The notes under the pieces: generated by a model | Told to the model about the DNA's origin: nothing | What the model saw: the letters and a program-made list of their open reading frames with translations, nothing else | Databases searched by the model: none | Position numbers and translations under genes: made by a program | Shown: piece by piece, positions 59,005-64,000 of the stretch | How positions within the stretch are numbered: position 1 is the stretch's first letter | How the letters are laid out: each line of letters starts with the position of its first letter | NCBI GenBank assembly: GCA_902461565.1 | Contig: CABPYL010000004.1 | Location: 7,792-71,791, forward strand | Origin: an uncultured Porphyromonadaceae bacterium | Lineage (GTDB): Bacteria > Bacteroidota > Bacteroidia > Bacteroidales > Muribaculaceae | Reading direction: 5' to 3' | Length of the DNA: 64,000 nucleotides

Positions 59005-59966
59005 TAGAAAAAGCACCTTTGGTATTTACCCCATATTTGAAAAGCGTGATTTGGGGCGGAAATAAAATTTGCGAATATAAAGGTATTGCACAGCCGGAGC
59101 CGAATATCGGCGAGAGCTGGGAGATTTCGGCTGTGCCGGGGCATGAATCAGTAGTGGCAGAGGGCACTTACAAAGGCAAGACAATAACCGAACTGATAGA
59201 TAGCTTCGGTGCCGGTCTCCTTGGAGAAAAGGTTATGGCAAAGTATGGCGCCAAGTTCCCGCTGCTGATAAAACTGATAGACGCCGCCGACAATCTTTCC
59301 GTGCAGGTTCATCCTGACGATGCTTTGGCAATGAAACGTCATGGAAGTCTCGGGAAAACCGAGATGTGGTACATTATCGGCACCGACAAGGATGCAAAAA
59401 TTTACGCTGGCCTAAACGTTGCCATGACACCCGACGACTATGTAAAGCGTGTGGCCGACGGTACATTTGCCGAGACACTTGCTGTGCATAGTTCAGCCCC
59501 AGGCGATGTATTCTTCCTTCCTGCCGGTCGCGTGCATGCCATAGGCGCAGGAAACCTGCTTGCAGAAATACAGGAATCAAGCGATATCACGTACCGTATC
59601 TATGACTACGACCGTCGCGATGCTGCCGGCAATGCACGCGAGCTGCATACCGAGCTTGCCAAGGATGCTATTGATTACACCGTTTACGACAATTATAAGG
59701 ACGAGCCTGCGCCGGCTGATGTTGCGAACGCCGAAATAGTGCATTGCGATCATTTTACCACGGACCGCATTCTGCTCGACGGTAAAATCTCATTGAATTT
59801 CGACGGACAGTCATTTACGGTTGTAATGTGTATCGATGGTGAGGCAACAATCGGCTATCCCGGCGGAGAACTGCTCCTTAAAGCCGGGCATACGGCTCTG
59901 CTGCCAGCTGTCCTTACGGATATTACCCTTACCGGTAAATCCACCATTCTGCTTTCCCGCTCGTAA
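59001..59966 (+). CDS. manA: Class I mannose-6-phosphate isomerase
   Basis: IWGG, GESWEIS, FPLLIKLIDA, LSVQVHP, KTEMWY, PAGRVHAIG, EIQESSDITYRIYDY. Confidence 0.93.
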   Translation: MIEKAPLVFTPYLKSVIWGGNKICEYKGIAQPEPNIGESWEISAVPGHESVVAEGTYKGKTITELIDSFGAGLLGEKVMAKYGAKFPLLIKLIDAADNLSVQVHPDDALAMKRHGSLGKTEMWYIIGTDKDAKIYAGLNVAMTPDDYVKRVADGTFAETLAVHSSAPGDVFFLPAGRVHAIGAGNLLAEIQESSDITYRIYDYDRRDAAGNARELHTELAKDAIDYTVYDNYKDEPAPADVANAEIVHCDHFTTDRILLDGKISLNFDGQSFTVVMCIDGEATIGYPGGELLLKAGHTALLPAVLTDITLTGKSTILLSRS

Positions 59967-59983
59967 TAGAAATTACAAAATAA

Positions 59984-60023
59984 AACGTCGCCGGAATATC
60001 GGACAAGATATTCCGGCGGCGTT
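59984..60023. terminator. Terminator hairpin between convergent manA and GxGYxYP genes
   Basis: AACGTCGCCGGAATATC-ggacaa-GATATTCCGGCGGCGTT 17-bp stem with one T-G pair; T-rich tail on the minus strand. Confidence 0.8.
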
Positions 60024-60036
60024 GCGTATATCGTTG

Positions 60037-62187
60037 TCAGAGCTCGGAACCGTAGACCTCGATATCGGCAATGCGTGCAGTGGAATCGGAGCCGGCATCG
60101 CTGACGGTGATACGGACATACCGTGCCTCCACGGGCTTGATATCTGTATCTGTTACCGATGCAGTGTTGTTCTTGTGCTCGCCTACGATGGTCCATACGG
60201 TGCCGTCGATACTTGTTTCGACCTTGAATGCTCGTGAATTGAGTGCCACGTTCATGCCGGAGGCGCCTGCATGTCGGATAACATATCGGTTCACGTTGTA
60301 CGCCTTGCCGAAGTCGCATTCCACCCAGCCTTTTCCGTCGGCGGCAGACGATACCCACATTCGGCCTTCTGAGGGTGAGCCGTCGGTTGCAAGCGAGGCA
60401 TCTGTGGCCGAGGCCGACGAGGTAACTTTCAGTTCCTTGAGCATTATGAGGTTGAACGGTAGTCCGTTGGCGCGGTTGTACATGTTATAGAAATGGTCGC
60501 CTCGTAGAATTACGGTTTTGCCGGGAGCGATTTCTTCAAGTTTTCCCTCTATTTTTGCGATTTCGTCGGGTCCCATATCCCATACAGTTCCCTGTGCCGA
60601 CAGGAACATTGGCTTGGAGCCGTCGAAGTTGCGTATGTCGCGGTTGAAAAAATCGGTTATCACATTGATACCGTTTGCATAGCAGGGATAATTGGGAATG
60701 AAAGCCAGACGATTGTCGGCCACAGTGGTTTTAAGACGACCGACCTGACGTTCCCAGTCCTGTATTGTGAGGCCGTAGAGGTATCGGCATTCACTGGCGT
60801 ATGCCGAACGCTGCGTATTGTTGACGTCATCCCAGATGGTTACCACACGCAATCCTGCTTTTTCGAGGTATCGTCCGCTCAGACGTGCGTAAGGAGTGAA
60901 CACAGAGCCGCGGGTAACGTTCCAGCGTTTGTTGTGAGCATCGTATGGCATTGCATATCCGAGACCTGAAGGCCCGCTGGCAAAAAAGTCGTTTTCGGTT
61001 GCACGGTTGTAATAATAGTTGAGCATAGACGGCGAGAAATCTACCAGGGCAGGACTGATGGTCCAGTTCATGGGTACTTTGCCACGTCCGGATTGGTTGA
61101 AGTTAGGTAGCATGGCGTGTTCGCAGTACTGGATGTTGTCGCCGTCGCTTATATAAACGGTAACATAGACCTTGTTTTCCAGTTCCGGCATCTTAGGTAC
61201 CGGAGGAATATTTACGGGTACTCTTATAGCGGAATATATAGAGCCGTTCTCAAAGAAATCCGATGGTACAGTTGAGAGTCCGTATTTGGTTGTCTCGCCA
61301 ATTCCGGAACGTTCTTCGGGGAACCATCCTGTAACAATGTCGCGGCCGGGCGTAAGGTCCTGAAGCATTTTATCGAGCAGGTCTTTTTCCTCCTTGATGC
61401 GGGGGTCGAGCCACACACATGCCGATCCGGCGACAGCGCCGATATCGTGGACGTATGGCATGACAGGGCGGAGGCTTATGAGAAGCCGGTGGTTGCAACG
61501 CTCCCAGTAATTATCGTAGAGGTACTGGTAAACTTCTACCGGGCTTGTCATCGCAAGATTTGTGAAATCCTCGGCAACCGGAAGGTCGATACCGTTTTCA
61601 ATTAGTTTTTTTTGTATTTCGGCAGTTACGGGCAGGAGGCGTTCGAGTCCTCCGACAGTAGCGGCGAGGTTGCCGTAGTGCTCGCTGTGTTCAGTGCTGT
61701 ATAATACAAGTCCCTTAAGCTCGTCTTTGAAATTATTTACGAGAGCGTAGGGCGTGCGTGCGCTTATTGTTGATACATTTCTGCGCAGATTGTGTGCTGC
61801 CGGCCATGTATTTCTTGATTCGTCGCCCTGATAGAGTAATATGCGTGCGCGTGAGCGGTTGACAAGACCCTGAAGTACGGAGAACATCACACGTTCCTGG
61901 TCGTTGAGACCTGCCGCGTTCATATCAAGGGCATATACACGTTTGTCCGGAGCCGGAATGCGGGGTAGCAGTCTGTCGTCGGGCCAGTCCACTTCGTCGT
62001 ATTCGAGGATACGGTCGCCGTCGGCAGTGAGATGCACGTCGTTGTTTTCGAAAGTGATTTTTGTGAGATTATCGGCAGCCGAGGCGGTTATTTCGCCATC
62101 GGAGTGGTATGTAAGCATTGTGATATCCTGAGCGCCGGCATTGAACACGAAAAGCGACGCTAAGGAAAGTGTGAGCAGATATTTCAT
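60037..62187 (-). CDS. GxGYxYP-family putative glycoside hydrolase with C-terminal F5/8-type-C (discoidin/CBM32-like) domain
   Basis: Signal MKYLLTLSLASLFVFNAGA; LQGLVNR, SDGDN, NWTISP, SGPSGLGYAMP; C-terminal ATDG...W...ARYVRI...ADIEVYG. An alternative start at 62202 is possible. Confidence 0.8.
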   Translation of the reverse strand: MKYLLTLSLASLFVFNAGAQDITMLTYHSDGEITASAADNLTKITFENNDVHLTADGDRILEYDEVDWPDDRLLPRIPAPDKRVYALDMNAAGLNDQERVMFSVLQGLVNRSRARILLYQGDESRNTWPAAHNLRRNVSTISARTPYALVNNFKDELKGLVLYSTEHSEHYGNLAATVGGLERLLPVTAEIQKKLIENGIDLPVAEDFTNLAMTSPVEVYQYLYDNYWERCNHRLLISLRPVMPYVHDIGAVAGSACVWLDPRIKEEKDLLDKMLQDLTPGRDIVTGWFPEERSGIGETTKYGLSTVPSDFFENGSIYSAIRVPVNIPPVPKMPELENKVYVTVYISDGDNIQYCEHAMLPNFNQSGRGKVPMNWTISPALVDFSPSMLNYYYNRATENDFFASGPSGLGYAMPYDAHNKRWNVTRGSVFTPYARLSGRYLEKAGLRVVTIWDDVNNTQRSAYASECRYLYGLTIQDWERQVGRLKTTVADNRLAFIPNYPCYANGINVITDFFNRDIRNFDGSKPMFLSAQGTVWDMGPDEIAKIEGKLEEIAPGKTVILRGDHFYNMYNRANGLPFNLIMLKELKVTSSASATDASLATDGSPSEGRMWVSSAADGKGWVECDFGKAYNVNRYVIRHAGASGMNVALNSRAFKVETSIDGTVWTIVGEHKNNTASVTDTDIKPVEARYVRITVSDAGSDSTARIADIEVYGSEL

Positions 62188-62198
62188 ATATAAAGGTG

Positions 62199-62765
62199 TC
62201 ATAGGATTATTTTAGCGGAAAATGAGCCGATGCGTACAATGTGCAGCCCGGCAGGGAGCTGCGACCGGCTCAGAAGAAGTTCGCCGGAGGTTGTCTGGTA
62301 TATGCCTTCGGCTTTGCCACCGGATGTGAAAACTTGTGCGGAGATGCCTTGCGGAATACCACTGAAAATCACCTGGCCGGGGCTGATTCGGCACTGGATG
62401 CCGGTGTCGCTTACGGTTGCTACCGATGCGACAGTACCGAGTGTGATGTCTGTAACGTTGTCGAACAGCACTTCTACAGGCTCGCTCCAGCCGATGGAAC
62501 TCAACCGAAGGCAGTCGCTGTCGAAAGCTATTGCCGGTTCTGCGCTGAAAAGGACAGCGACCGGTGTGCTGTCGGTAATATTCAGTGTAATGCCTTTGCC
62601 GGTTACGCCGGGGGCGAGAAAACTGATTTTCTGGAGTTCGGCAACACTCATCACTGTCGACGTTCCGTCGGTCTTGTGGATGCGTATCATTCTCTCTTGA
62701 GAGACCACCGAAAACGAGGCGCCTGATAACGCTGCGATAAGCATTGCTGTTATAAATTTTTTCAT
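62199..62765 (-). CDS. Small secreted protein with a probable T9SS-type C-terminal domain
   Basis: Signal peptide; C-terminal VFTSGG...LPAGLHIVRIGSFSAKIIL. Confidence 0.7.
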   Translation of the reverse strand: MKKFITAMLIAALSGASFSVVSQERMIRIHKTDGTSTVMSVAELQKISFLAPGVTGKGITLNITDSTPVAVLFSAEPAIAFDSDCLRLSSIGWSEPVEVLFDNVTDITLGTVASVATVSDTGIQCRISPGQVIFSGIPQGISAQVFTSGGKAEGIYQTTSGELLLSRSQLPAGLHIVRIGSFSAKIIL

Positions 62766-62785
62766 GGACTGATATGTTTTTATTG

Positions 62786-62948
62786 CAAATTTAGCTCAAT
62801 CGCGCTAAAAATTCATCATACAATCTGTTCAAAGATAAGAAAAAACCGTTCAACCGCTTGTATAGGCCTGTGGTGAGGTGTGTGAACAAATATTCTCAAA
62901 ATTTGAACATTTTTGCTGGATATATAAAGATTAAAAAAGCTAAATTTG
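62786..62948. promoter_or_regulatory. Divergent promoters (TAAATTTG minus 62786-62793; TAAATTTG plus 62941-62948), each with TGAAC-N16-TGAAC
   Basis: GTTCA at 62827-31 and 62848-52; TGAAC at 62883-87 and 62904-08; proximal units are 38 and 37 bp from their -7 boxes. Confidence 0.75.
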
Positions 62949-62974
62949 CAACACATCATTATAAATACATTGCT

Positions 62975-64000
62975 ATGACCTTAAATTTTAAATATCCTGC
63001 AGTAATTTTCCTTGCGCTGGCGTCCGGCTCGGCATTTACCCATGCCGGGACAATCGCGAACGGTCGTCTTACCACCGCTCTTCCAGATTCTCTCTGGCAA
63101 TATTCGCAATGGATTTCCGCTGCCGACGCACCAGTAGTTACCGGACGGATAGAAGGCCGAAACGAACGTGCTGCCGATGGCGCTTCGTGGTTCCTTTGCG
63201 AGATTAAGAACCCTGCAAAAGTTGTCTCGGCCCGTTGGATGACCACCGGTCTTGGTGTATATTCTTTGTATGTCAACGGAAAAACTGTCGGCGATGAAAT
63301 ATTAAAGCCTGGCTTTACACATTATGGCAAAACTAAGCTGTCGTATACATACGACATCACCGACGCTATCCGCCGTACTTCGGGAGCGGAAAATGTTTTT
63401 GCTGTTCAGTCCACCCCCGGATGGTGGGCTGATAAAATTATCACTCCCGGTGGACAGGAGGGGATGACAGGCCGCAAACCTGCTTTCCGTGGTGTGATAG
63501 AACTGACTTTTGCCGATGGGAAACGCGAATATTACGGTACGGACACAATGTCCTGGAAAGCCGGTATCGCCGGCCCGGTACAGCACTCGGCCATATTCGA
63601 CGGCGAGGAGTATGATGCCCGTATCCCGTCAGGCTTCGATACTCCCGAAAAGCTCTCCGCGCCAGAGGTCAATACCGAATTTGCCGGTCAGATTTTTCCT
63701 TCGGACGGCGCGGAAATCTATTTCCGCGAAGACCTTGCTCTGAAACCTGTGCGGGCATACAAGTGGCAGGGTATTACCGGAGCCTCCAACAACGAGCACG
63801 GTAAGGTAAAAATAGTCAGAGAATATCCCGGCGGCAAAAACATGACGCTTATGCCGGGCGAGACTATTGTGGTTGATTTCGGACAGAACTGCGCGGCAGT
63901 CCCCGAATTTGAATTCAAGGCCAAGGAAGGCACGACGCTCCGCTGTCTACCTGCAGAATTGCTCAACGACGGTAATGGTGCCGAGAGCCGTGGAATGGAT
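62975..64000 (+). CDS. GH78 alpha-L-rhamnosidase, 3'-truncated by the window edge (absent from the ORF track)
   Basis: Manual translation: MTLNFKYPAVIFLALASGSAF...QWIS...TGLGVYSLYVNGKTVGDEILKPGFTHY...SYTYDIT...IFDGEEYDAR...VVDFGQN. Confidence 0.88.
   Translation, partial: MTLNFKYPAVIFLALASGSAFTHAGTIANGRLTTALPDSLWQYSQWISAADAPVVTGRIEGRNERAADGASWFLCEIKNPAKVVSARWMTTGLGVYSLYVNGKTVGDEILKPGFTHYGKTKLSYTYDITDAIRRTSGAENVFAVQSTPGWWADKIITPGGQEGMTGRKPAFRGVIELTFADGKREYYGTDTMSWKAGIAGPVQHSAIFDGEEYDARIPSGFDTPEKLSAPEVNTEFAGQIFPSDGAEIYFREDLALKPVRAYKWQGITGASNNEHGKVKIVREYPGGKNMTLMPGETIVVDFGQNCAAVPEFEFKAKEGTTLRCLPAELLNDGNGAESRGMD

Noticed and set aside
62959..63966. Short ORFs listed at the right edge
   Set aside because: They overlap the GH78 frame starting at 62975, which the track missed because it has no stop in the window

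Overview
Chromosomal window from a Bacteroidales bacterium. This is supported by the SusC/SusD pair, a hybrid two-component regulator (HTCS), T9SS-type C-terminal tails and TAnnTTTG promoters; Muribaculaceae-like is my guess. The first 11 kb holds a NeuB-family 3' end, a DMT protein, two AT-rich exported proteins, gltBD, a stand-alone AlaX-type editing protein and a GH3. At 11.1-21.2 kb a tightly overlapping four-gene operon sits between GH3 and dtd. It encodes a 1547-aa HEPN-like + NACHT/STAND NTPase, a 1218-aa poly-S1 protein, a CorA-like 2-TM protein and a 173-aa unknown protein. I do not recognise this architecture, and it is the best candidate for an undescribed anti-phage system. From 21.8 kb to the right edge is a very large polysaccharide utilisation locus (PUL) for an alpha-mannan/furanoside-rich glycan: GH125, SusCD, GH43-like, HTCS, GH127-like, GH76, GH92, two 'glutaminase-like' DUF4965 proteins (one fused to GH2), a GH32-GH115 fusion, an acyltransferase, a ROK kinase, ManA, a GxGYxYP protein and a GH78 that runs off the edge. 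Five PUL promoters share a 21-bp-period direct repeat (TGAAC-N16-TGAAC) placed 37-38 bp upstream of the -7 box, probably the HTCS operator. No rRNA, tRNA, CRISPR array or transposase was seen. All family calls come from motif recognition by eye, not from database searches.
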